A stretch of 64,000 nucleotides of DNA from a virus (lineage: Duplodnaviria; Caudoviricetes). The stretch's first letter is position 1, and each line of letters starts with the position of its first letter. Position numbers and translations under genes: made by a program. The DNA lies in IMG/VR virus record IMGVR_UViG_3300025098_005131; one strand, 5' to 3'. The notes under the pieces were generated by a model that was not told the origin of the DNA, made no database searches, and was given only the letters and a program-made list of their open reading frames with translations. Positions 18,909-25,780 of the stretch are shown here, piece after piece.

Positions 18909-20354
18909 TTATCCTATTATAATTGCTTTGCCATTAGGCACAGGTACTCGCTTTAATATATTAAGCATTGTTTCGCTCTGAGCAGCATCAGCTTCTAATA
19001 ACTTCTGGTATGTTAATTTGTCAAGCTGCTCATTTAAAGAGTCTATAAGCTTTTGCTGATCATCTCTACCTTGGCTTAGCAAATCAGAGCCATTTAACTG
19101 GACATCGCTACCAGGAATAGGCACAGAACTAAACTTTGATCTAATAAGTCCTAATGTTTCTTTGCATAGTGCAAGTGTATACTGTCTTATCCATTGTCTA
19201 GACATTTGATTAATTTTACTATAAGTAATATTTCCAAAAGGAACGTTTGACAAGTTTGAAACGCCGTCTATAGATTCGTCCCCATACGGCAGATTAGGCG
19301 AAAAAGGATCTGTAGGGAAAGAAAATTTAATGAAAAGATTCATAGGATTATCTTGTGTAGGTCGAGGATAAATTCTTAAATTTTGCCCTTGTAACTTATA
19401 TGAGTAATTACTTCTTCTAACTCTATTTGATATGTCTAATTGACCTGCTCTTAATAAATCTTCAAAAACAGGCAAAACATAAAATACAGTTTCTGGTGTA
19501 AAAGATTCAAATGCAAATTGATTATTTAAGTAGTTAATTGCTGACGTTGTATCAAAAAATCGATATGCAGCTTGAGGAGAAAAGTGAAATATCTCATTTA
19601 CTTTAATCTTTGTCATTGAAGCAGTCGGCAAAACTTTTTCTTTATAGACTGGATTAAATAAAGATTTTTGTGCTGGATCGTTATTGTACTTATCTAAGTT
19701 TAAGACAACATCGTCTGTAGGTATTTGGAGTTCTTTATAGATGTTATAATCTTGTTTGTTGTGTTGTAACTCTATAAATCCGTCCAAAGAATTGTTTACA
19801 CCACCAACAAAAGCTTCGCTAGCATAAGGTTCAGCTCTTCTTAATAAATATTCTAAAGTCTCTCTAGGAAATCTTTGCTCTTGTCCATTAGGACCTACTT
19901 TTTTATCTTCAATAGGCACTGCTGGAGGATTATTATCTTTAGCAACAATTTCACCATTGTCGTATTGACCTTCAACATTTTGTGCTAAAAACCGAGGATC
20001 GTTTACGTTTTGTATTAACAAAGGTTGCGTATTAGCATCCAATTCATCACCGTAATAATAATTTCCAAGCGCATTTTTTTTATATGTTTCAGTTGGTCCA
20101 GTCTTGAGACCAAGTATGTTAGACATATAAGATTCAGCCTGATGAGCATTTATTTTTTTTGAAAACTCAAATGTAGCCTCTTCAAAGTTTGCCCATATTT
20201 GCTTATTTGTCAACTCTACCGACATTACATCATCACCTAATCGACGTTTAACGTATAAAACAATTTTATCTGCATCTTCTTGAAAGTGGCTATCACTATC
20301 AAATGAGCCAAAAGGCGTCGGCTGATTACTTAGCATGCTTAAAAATGAAGCCAT
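18909..20354 (-). CDS. Neck / head-tail adaptor (T4 gp13-like, 481 aa)
   Basis: VKRRLGDDVMSVELT, WIRQYTLALCKETLGLIRSKFSSVPIPGSDVQLNGSDLL and C-terminal IIIG are gp13-like hallmarks. Confidence 0.82.
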   Translation of the reverse strand: MASFLSMLSNQPTPFGSFDSDSHFQEDADKIVLYVKRRLGDDVMSVELTNKQIWANFEEATFEFSKKINAHQAESYMSNILGLKTGPTETYKKNALGNYYYGDELDANTQPLLIQNVNDPRFLAQNVEGQYDNGEIVAKDNNPPAVPIEDKKVGPNGQEQRFPRETLEYLLRRAEPYASEAFVGGVNNSLDGFIELQHNKQDYNIYKELQIPTDDVVLNLDKYNNDPAQKSLFNPVYKEKVLPTASMTKIKVNEIFHFSPQAAYRFFDTTSAINYLNNQFAFESFTPETVFYVLPVFEDLLRAGQLDISNRVRRSNYSYKLQGQNLRIYPRPTQDNPMNLFIKFSFPTDPFSPNLPYGDESIDGVSNLSNVPFGNITYSKINQMSRQWIRQYTLALCKETLGLIRSKFSSVPIPGSDVQLNGSDLLSQGRDDQQKLIDSLNEQLDKLTYQKLLEADAAQSETMLNILKRVPVPNGKAIIIG

Positions 20355-20435
20355 ACATAACTCCTATAATCTTTTATATACATATCTAATTATAAAAGTC
20401 TTTGCTAAAGAATAAGATTTCAAACAGCAAATACT

Positions 20436-20477
20436 AAAAAACCTCTACAGATAACATAAGAAATCTTGCAGAGGTTT
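20436..20477 (-). terminator. Putative intrinsic terminator
   Basis: AAACCTCT/AGAGGTTT stem extended by several pairs, followed by a U-tract on the minus strand, downstream of the 121-aa ORF. Confidence 0.65.
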
Positions 20478-20505
20478 AATAGATATTAATAAGATTATCT
20501 ATTAA

Positions 20506-20871
20506 TTAACATTTTTTACAAACAGAAACGTTTAAGTATGAAATTGCATATTGCAAACCATTTTCCCACGATACAGTTAATTTTGTTGCAAACCCTTGCT
20601 CGTTAGATTTAAAGCTTAAAACTCTACCTTTTAATCCATCTCTTAAATTATTTTGAACGCAATCACCAGCAGAAACTTTCAAGCTTGAAGAAGCAACGCT
20701 TTTTACAGCTGCTTTTTTAGGCGCAGGCTTAGCTTCTGCTTTTTTAGGAGCAGGCTTAGCTTCTGCTTTTTTAGGCGCAGGCTTAGCTTCTGTCTTCTTA
20801 GAAGCAGGTTTCTCATCTGGTTTTTCTAAATTAACCTTTTTATCTTCTTCTGATTTTTTAGCTCTCGACAT
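20506..20871 (-). CDS. Basic protein with histone-H1-like AKPAPKK repeats and a small C-terminal beta domain (121 aa)
   Basis: Three AKPAPKKA repeats; C-terminal LKVSAGDCV...GRVL...TVSWENG resembles an SH3/KOW-like barrel; GGAG RBS. Confidence 0.75.
   Translation of the reverse strand: MSRAKKSEEDKKVNLEKPDEKPASKKTEAKPAPKKAEAKPAPKKAEAKPAPKKAAVKSVASSSLKVSAGDCVQNNLRDGLKGRVLSFKSNEQGFATKLTVSWENGLQYAISYLNVSVCKKC
20711..20791. repeat. 27-bp tandem repeat x3 (GCTTTTTTAGGMGCAGGCTTAGCTTCT)
   Basis: Three consecutive copies with one mismatch, encoding EAKPAPKKA. Confidence 0.95.
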
Positions 20872-20890
20872 TTTAGTTTACTCCTTTAAA

Positions 20891-21826
20891 TTATGCAAAT
20901 GTTAACGCAGCGCCATTAGCTGACTGAATTGCTCCGCTAACATACCATTTTGGTGCTGCAGCTCCATCACATAGAAGCTCAAAAAAGTCTCCTGCAGTGT
21001 CGTGAGCATTTACAATTGTCATAGCATCACCTGATACTTCCTCTACTCCTCCTGCATTAAGAACTGTACCAACCAGAGAGCCTTCGTCTCGGGCAGCTAG
21101 CGCGTCATCTTTTGGAATTTCTACAACAATATTTCCATCAATAGCAGCTGCTACCAATCTAATTCTTAAACCAGAAGCATCAGCAATTGCATCTTGTCCT
21201 TGATTAGGAATAATATTAGCAGTTAAGTTTGTAGCAATTACACCTGCAGTTGTTAGTGCAGCTTCGTCTTTATCTACAAGTACTCCGTTTCTATTTCCAG
21301 GTAAAGTTGAGTCAATTTGAAAATTAGTTCCACCTTGAACAGCTTGCACAGCTACTCCACTCAAAGGAGAGAAATCGTTTGCGCCTGTTCCTAGCAAAGT
21401 ATGCAAATTTGTAATTGCTCCGTCGATATCAAGGCCTCGCTCGAGCTGAAATGTACTTACTCCAGACGAATCTGTTGAAACTAATTTACCGTTGTTAGCG
21501 TCAGCAGCGTCTGCAACGACTTTTAGTTTAAATTTCCTACCAAATCCTTCAAATGTAAATACTTCATTTACAGTAAATGGTCCATTAGCAGCTGTAAATT
21601 TTACAGATGTTCTAACTCCAGCAACTGCAGGAAGTAAAACTGATCTGACGTTTGCGCCTAAAAGCAATTCTTTTCCACTGTCAGCAACAGATAGTTGTTC
21701 TGTTGCAGTTGCTAATGTTCGAACAGCTTGACGATGACCTGATAACTCACCACGAAGATCAAGTGATGAAGATGTTGATGATTTTTGAACTAAACCTTTT
21801 TCTTTTGTATATTCTACGCTTGGCAT
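20891..21826 (-). CDS. Putative virion decoration protein, paralog B with ~140-aa insertion (311 aa)
   Basis: N-terminus MPSVEYTKEKGLVQKSS...LDLRGELSG nearly identical to the neighbour; C-terminal AGDFFELLCDG...KWYVSG matches the neighbour's AGDFIELFYTGSKWSVQG. Confidence 0.6.
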   Translation of the reverse strand: MPSVEYTKEKGLVQKSSTSSSLDLRGELSGHRQAVRTLATATEQLSVADSGKELLLGANVRSVLLPAVAGVRTSVKFTAANGPFTVNEVFTFEGFGRKFKLKVVADAADANNGKLVSTDSSGVSTFQLERGLDIDGAITNLHTLLGTGANDFSPLSGVAVQAVQGGTNFQIDSTLPGNRNGVLVDKDEAALTTAGVIATNLTANIIPNQGQDAIADASGLRIRLVAAAIDGNIVVEIPKDDALAARDEGSLVGTVLNAGGVEEVSGDAMTIVNAHDTAGDFFELLCDGAAAPKWYVSGAIQSANGAALTFA

Positions 21827-21856
21827 ATTATTTTTCCTTTTTATTTTTATATTAAA

Positions 21857-22366
21857 TTATACTACAAATATTAATCCGCCAGCTGCTTGGCTTACGCCTT
21901 GAACTGACCATTTTGAGCCTGTGTAAAATAGCTCAATAAAATCTCCTGCTTTGGCTGTGTCTGCTACAAACCGAATTTTCGAATCATCTTCTGGGTCATT
22001 GTTAACAGCTAAATTTGCTCTATCAACTGCTGCGCCTCCTTGATATAAAGTTCCAGCAAAATCGTGAGCACCATCACCTTGGATTACTTCTATTGTTTTT
22101 CCTGCTGCAACATCTATAGCAGTTATAACTCTATATTTAACACCTGTTTCAGGGGCAGCTGGTAATGTTATATCAATATCGTTATCTGCGTTATGAGTAA
22201 CAAGAAAAACTTTTCCTGAATCTTCATTTTTTAAAGTATTAGCTGCTGCTGATATTGGCACAATTTTTTTTCTAAATCCTGATAATTCACCACGCAAGTC
22301 TAGAGCAGCATCTGTCGATGACTTTTGCACTAACCCTTTTACTTGCGTATATTCTACACTTGGCAT
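21857..22366 (-). CDS. Putative virion decoration protein, paralog A (169 aa from ATG 22366)
   Basis: Strong AAAGGAGG RBS before ATG at 22366, and the paralog also starts MPSVEY. DSGKVF...ITLPA..G..Y..I...GDFIEL...W pattern is typical of small beta-sandwich virion proteins. Confidence 0.6.
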   Translation of the reverse strand: MPSVEYTQVKGLVQKSSTDAALDLRGELSGFRKKIVPISAAANTLKNEDSGKVFLVTHNADNDIDITLPAAPETGVKYRVITAIDVAAGKTIEVIQGDGAHDFAGTLYQGGAAVDRANLAVNNDPEDDSKIRFVADTAKAGDFIELFYTGSKWSVQGVSQAAGGLIFVV

Positions 22367-22450
22367 AACTTCCTCCTTTTCGGATAAACTTGTCCGCATG
22401 ATTCCGATGCACTGGCGGGGTCAGCTGTTATGTTTGCATCGGGCCTAATG
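22367..22450 (-). ncRNA. Candidate structured cis-regulatory 5' leader RNA
   Basis: GC-rich island in AT-rich DNA; 8-bp stem CCGATGCA/TGCATCGG (22435-22442 with 22404-22411); CGGA/TCCG hairpin (22381-22396) next to the RBS. Confidence 0.5.
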
Positions 22451-22461
22451 CTATATATTAC

Positions 22462-22490
22462 AAAAAAGGTGCATTTTTTACGTGCACCTT
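22462..22490 (-). terminator. Intrinsic terminator
   Basis: AAGGTGCA/TGCACCTT 8-bp stem followed by a U-tract on the minus strand, downstream of the 86-aa ORF. Confidence 0.75.
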
Positions 22491-22527
22491 AATTTATTTA
22501 ACGTTAAAAATACGTAATAAGCTAATA

Positions 22528-22788
22528 TTACTCAGAGTCACCGGCAGGTTCTGCATCAACAACCTCGTCAGACTCAGGCATACTTACTGCTTCAGCCTCA
22601 TCGCCACTCGCATCGGCAGCTTGTGCCTCTGCTGCTTGTCTCTCTTGCTCTTCACGAGGTACTAGTCGATCAATTGCTTCTTGCAATGTTGAAGCATCTT
22701 GCAAAGAAAAGGCTCCTCGTCGTTGCGCTACTTGTACTGCCGAGAGAAGAATATTTATTGATTGAACTTGTTCTGGTGATAATTGCAT
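22528..22788 (-). CDS. Hypothetical protein (86 aa), helical N-terminal core (AVQVAQRRGAFSLQDA) and acidic tail
   Basis: ORF with AAAGGA RBS, its own promoter-like element and terminator. Confidence 0.8.
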   Translation of the reverse strand: MQLSPEQVQSINILLSAVQVAQRRGAFSLQDASTLQEAIDRLVPREEQERQAAEAQAADASGDEAEAVSMPESDEVVDAEPAGDSE

Positions 22789-22844
22789 TTGTTAATCCTT
22801 TCATTTAATATTAGATTTTTTTGTTCGCGATTAAATGCAGGTAT

Positions 22845-22873
22845 ATAATAAACACAAATTAATAAATGTACAC
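22845..22873 (-). promoter_or_regulatory. Putative sigma70-type promoter GTGTAC-N17-TATTAT
   Basis: 17-bp spacing, 5/6 match at -10; -35 resembles the TTGTAA seen before the lipoprotein gene. Confidence 0.45.
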
Positions 22874-22892
22874 TCTTTTTTTATTTTTTTTA

Positions 22893-23114
22893 TTAGTAGT
22901 AATAAGAGCTTCTAGCTCTTCGGCGCCGGCTTCTAGCTTCTGCTAGACGCTGTTGTTTTTGATGCGCTGCATACTCTTCTTTGATAACTCTGTTAAGATA
23001 TTCTGCTGTAATTCTTACAGGTCTTTCAGTAGTTCCTTCTACAAGTCTACTTCTCTCAAGGTTACGCATTTCTTGCATAATCATTCTTCTTAACATTCTT
23101 GGGCTTAATCTCAT
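22893..23114 (-). CDS. Small Arg-rich protein, putative internal head/DNA-condensing protein (73 aa)
   Basis: LRRMIMQEM and LNRVIKEEY helices plus a protamine-like RSRRRRARSSYYY tail; CAGGAG RBS. Confidence 0.75.
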   Translation of the reverse strand: MRLSPRMLRRMIMQEMRNLERSRLVEGTTERPVRITAEYLNRVIKEEYAAHQKQQRLAEARSRRRRARSSYYY

Positions 23115-23152
23115 TGTATTCTCCTGTTAAACTATTACTATATTATATATTA

Positions 23153-23440
23153 CTAAATGTCGCTTTTTTCTTTTAAGATATTAATGTCTTTTTCTATAAT
23201 TGTCATTTTTGTTTCTATTTTAGCTAAAGTGACTTTAATTTCTTGGACAGATGCTAATAGTTCTTGTAGAACACTTTCTGTAACTTTTGCTTTGTCTTCT
23301 AAAGTATTCACTCTTGCTTTTAAATCTGCCATTTCTTCGGCATTTTTTTTTGAGTCTTTATGCCAAGAGTAAAACAAACCTAAAACTGATAAAACTGTAC
23401 CTATTGATAACACTAAGTTTGGTTGCATATCCACATGCAC
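23153..23440 (-). CDS. Putative holin-like membrane protein (one N-terminal TM plus coiled coil, 95 aa)
   Basis: LVLSIGTVLSVLGLFYSW hydrophobic helix followed by heptad-rich region; AGGAGG RBS; clustered with two other membrane proteins. Confidence 0.5.
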   Translation of the reverse strand: MHVDMQPNLVLSIGTVLSVLGLFYSWHKDSKKNAEEMADLKARVNTLEDKAKVTESVLQELLASVQEIKVTLAKIETKMTIIEKDINILKEKSDI

Positions 23441-23483
23441 CTCCTAATTTTAATATACTTTATTAATTATCACAAAAAAGTTG

Positions 23484-24005
23484 TTATTTTGAAATCTCGT
23501 AAATTAAAATACCTAGGCCAGCTCCACTCACAGCTGATATTGTTGCCCAGATTATTTTGCTTCTTTTTTCAGACTTTAAGCTTCTTAAAAGATCTTTGTT
23601 TTTATTTTTAAGTAAATCATTGTCTAATGTGATTATCTTTATTCTTTTATTACAGCTACTTTGACATTGCGAAAGTTTAAGCTCGTATTCGTTTTTAATT
23701 ATGTTAACTAAAGAATCACAGCTACTTTGACAGCCTGTTACTATGTCTTTCATTCTTATAGTATCTCTTATTCCAATCAAGTAACCTTGCCTTGGCGCTA
23801 CCTCACCTTTATAAATAAATGGTGCATATATTTCCAAGTCACCAACTGTAATTTTTACGTCTTTATGCTGAATTATTATTGACTCAGTTTGTCTATCTGA
23901 GTTAGTAGTTGGAATATTGACAGAAACTTGAGCGTTAACTTTTGTTAATGTTAAAGAAAAAATTAAAGCTAAACTTAAAATAGTGTTTTTAATCATTGCG
24001 AACAA
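23484..24005 (-). CDS. Exported coiled-coil protein with C-terminal TM, spanin-like candidate (173 aa)
   Basis: Signal peptide ending VNA-Q, two CQSSC motifs, coiled coil, C-terminal IIWATISAVSGAGLGILIY. Confidence 0.5.
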   Translation of the reverse strand: MFAMIKNTILSLALIFSLTLTKVNAQVSVNIPTTNSDRQTESIIIQHKDVKITVGDLEIYAPFIYKGEVAPRQGYLIGIRDTIRMKDIVTGCQSSCDSLVNIIKNEYELKLSQCQSSCNKRIKIITLDNDLLKNKNKDLLRSLKSEKRSKIIWATISAVSGAGLGILIYEISK

Positions 24006-24352
24006 ACTCCTCTAGCTACACAAATAGGACAATGTAAATCTTCACTAAATTCACAGTGACCAATTGCTTCATCAATTCTTAGTGCACAGTCTTTGTTAAG
24101 ATCACTCGTCAGAGTCTGCAAGGATTTGACTTTTTCTGTTTGACATTTACTTCTTTCTTCTGTAAGTTGAGATGAAAGTATATCACGATCTCTAATGATA
24201 TCTGAACATATTATTGTCTGTTTACATTCAGGTGCTGTAGCTTTTCCTGCAAAAAAAGAACAGACAACCAAGACTAATCCAATAAATACTTTCTGAAAAG
24301 TATTGTCTTTTATGATTTTCAAAAAATCTTCTGCATCTATGTTAATAGGCAT
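23993..24352 (-). CDS. Membrane-anchored Cys-rich coiled-coil protein, i-spanin-like candidate (119 aa)
   Basis: N-terminal TM VFIGLVLVVCSFFAG, coiled coil, Cys-rich C-terminus (C..HCPICVARGVC); overlaps the next ORF by 13 nt. Confidence 0.5.
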   Translation of the reverse strand: MPINIDAEDFLKIIKDNTFQKVFIGLVLVVCSFFAGKATAPECKQTIICSDIIRDRDILSSQLTEERSKCQTEKVKSLQTLTSDLNKDCALRIDEAIGHCEFSEDLHCPICVARGVCSQ

Positions 24353-24455
24353 ATTTATCTCCTTTGTTTTAATTAATTATAAAAATTATTATAACTTTAT
24401 ATAATATTGTAATACATATTTAAATGATTTATATTTCAAAAAGGAGATAAATATG
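24350..24455. repeat. 16-bp perfect inverted repeat covering RBS and ATG of two divergent genes
   Basis: CATATTTATCTCCTTT (24350-24365) is the exact reverse complement of AAAGGAGATAAATATG (24440-24455); 74-bp spacer. Confidence 0.9.
24407..24435 (+). promoter_or_regulatory. Putative sigma70-type promoter TTGTAA-N17-TATATT
   Basis: Canonical 17-bp spacing just upstream of the lipoprotein RBS. Confidence 0.5.
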
Positions 24456-24860
24456 TCAAGAATTAGAACAATTGTTTTAGCCCTTTTAGTTTCAATGTTT
24501 GCGTTTTTTGCAGGATGTGATGATGATGAAACAGAAGAAGAACCTCAAGCCGGCCAAGTAGTAGAGTGTGTAGTTTCTGAAGATGAGACTTGTGAAGAGG
24601 CACCTCAAGAAATGCCTTGCGAGGAACTTCCTGAGGCACCGCCTGCTGGTGAAGAGATGCCTGATGATTTGGACATGGAGGTTCCTGAAGAGGTTCCTGC
24701 TGGTGAAGAGGCTGATATGGAGGTTCCTGCTGGTGAAGAGGCTGATATGGAGGTTCCTGCTGGTGAAGAATCTACTGAAGAAGATCCTGTAGGGGGAGAA
24801 GAGGAAGTTCCTGCTGGCGAGCAGTCTGAAGAAGATCCTGAGGCAGAGGGTGACGAATAA
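24453..24860 (+). CDS. Acidic repetitive lipoprotein (135 aa)
   Basis: Type II signal peptide with lipobox FAG-C, then DDD; mature region almost entirely Glu/Asp/Pro with repeated VPAGEE units; AAGGAG RBS. Confidence 0.85.
   Translation: MSRIRTIVLALLVSMFAFFAGCDDDETEEEPQAGQVVECVVSEDETCEEAPQEMPCEELPEAPPAGEEMPDDLDMEVPEEVPAGEEADMEVPAGEEADMEVPAGEESTEEDPVGGEEEVPAGEQSEEDPEAEGDE
24691..24769 (+). repeat. 30-bp tandem repeat, ~2.6 copies (AGGTTCCTGCTGGTGAAGAGGCTGATATGG)
   Basis: Two exact copies (24691-24750) plus a 19-bp partial copy, encoding EVPAGEEADM. Confidence 0.95.
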
Positions 24861-25095
24861 GATAATCAATTTTCTTTCTGCGGCTTAGCTGCTTAAATTG
24901 ATATTCTAACTTAGAAGCGATGGAGCGATTCATCGCTTTTTTTATATACACAATTCGATGAGGTCCTCTTCCCCTAGTATATTTGGCGCCTCCTTTGATC
25001 TCTCCGTTATGCTGCTTTAATCTTTTTTGAAGATTTGTAGTTATACCGCAGTAAAGAGAATTATCAGCACATAACAAAACGTAAACATACCACAT
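24772..25095 (-). CDS. GIY-YIG nuclease family protein (short YhbQ/UPF0213 type, 107 aa)
   Basis: WYVYVLLCADNSLYCGITTNLQKRLKQHN...GGAKYTRGR...ASKLEYQFKQL. Confidence 0.9.
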   Translation of the reverse strand: MWYVYVLLCADNSLYCGITTNLQKRLKQHNGEIKGGAKYTRGRGPHRIVYIKKAMNRSIASKLEYQFKQLSRRKKIDYLIRHPLPQDLLQTARQQELPLLPLQDLLQ

Positions 25096-25250
25096 TATAT
25101 TTATCTACTTTTCCTTCTTGCTAATGAAAGTGTGAAAACCTAGCAAGTCAAACGGCATTATGACACTTCTTATACACTGACACACTTCTTCTTCGCTTTA
25201 TATATAAGACGCATCAATAGATAAATATAACGTAATACTTCTATATATTA

Positions 25251-25778
25251 CTAGCTTTTCTTAACTTTGTAATATTTTTCTTTAGATATTGTCGGACTAA
25301 AAAAAGCCAAACGATTCCCTTCAGGGTCTGTTATGTGGAACGAAGCATCTCCCCAAGGATTTTCTATTAACTCACCAATTTGAATATTCTTTTTTTGCAT
25401 TTTTTCGTAAAGCTTATAAACATCACTTACTTTGACTGATAATGATACGTTGCCATAAAAAGCTTTATTTGAATAGTTTCTTGGACCTTTAGAAAAAAGC
25501 TCAATAAGATTGCCTCCTACATTTATTTGTGTCCCATCGCCATCACTATATCTCCAATACCTAACAACAGGAAACTCGAGTATCTTATTATAAAACCTAA
25601 CCATTTCTTGCATGTTTTTAACATAGATATGCACTCTTACTTCTTTTGAATACGCATTCCAGCTTTTGCCTAAATCAATACCAATTTCTTTTGCTAATTG
25701 AATTTCTGATTTTGAAGGTGAAGTATTAATACTTTTTCTTTTATTTTCTTTTTTTTGGTATTGATTTAAAAATGGCAT
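25251..25778 (-). CDS. VOC / glyoxalase / bleomycin-resistance family protein (start probably ATG 25778)
   Basis: HIYVKNMQEMVRFYNKILEF...IELF...SLSVKVSDVYKLYEKM...ENPWGDASFHITDPEGNRLAF. Confidence 0.88.
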   Translation of the reverse strand: MPFLNQYQKKENKRKSINTSPSKSEIQLAKEIGIDLGKSWNAYSKEVRVHIYVKNMQEMVRFYNKILEFPVVRYWRYSDGDGTQINVGGNLIELFSKGPRNYSNKAFYGNVSLSVKVSDVYKLYEKMQKKNIQIGELIENPWGDASFHITDPEGNRLAFFSPTISKEKYYKVKKS

Positions 25779-25780
25779 AA

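Noticed and set aside
22367-22399. 11-codon N-terminal extension (MRTSLSEKEEV) of the decoration-like ORF
   Set aside because: The strong AAAGGAGG RBS precedes ATG 22366 and the paralog starts at the equivalent MPSVEY; the upstream ATG has no RBS.
22367-22450. tRNA or known riboswitch in the GC-rich intergenic island
   Set aside because: No T-loop (GTTCRA), cloverleaf or CCA, and I could not match hallmark sequences of riboswitch classes I know; kept as an unknown structured RNA.
25096-25250. 17-codon ORF (MPFDLLGFHTFISKKEK), 7-bp inverted repeat CTTGCTA/TAGCAAG and short GACAC(AC)TTCTT duplication upstream of the GIY-YIG gene
   Set aside because: No RBS for the mini-ORF, and the repeats are too short to separate from chance; no convincing promoter spacing.
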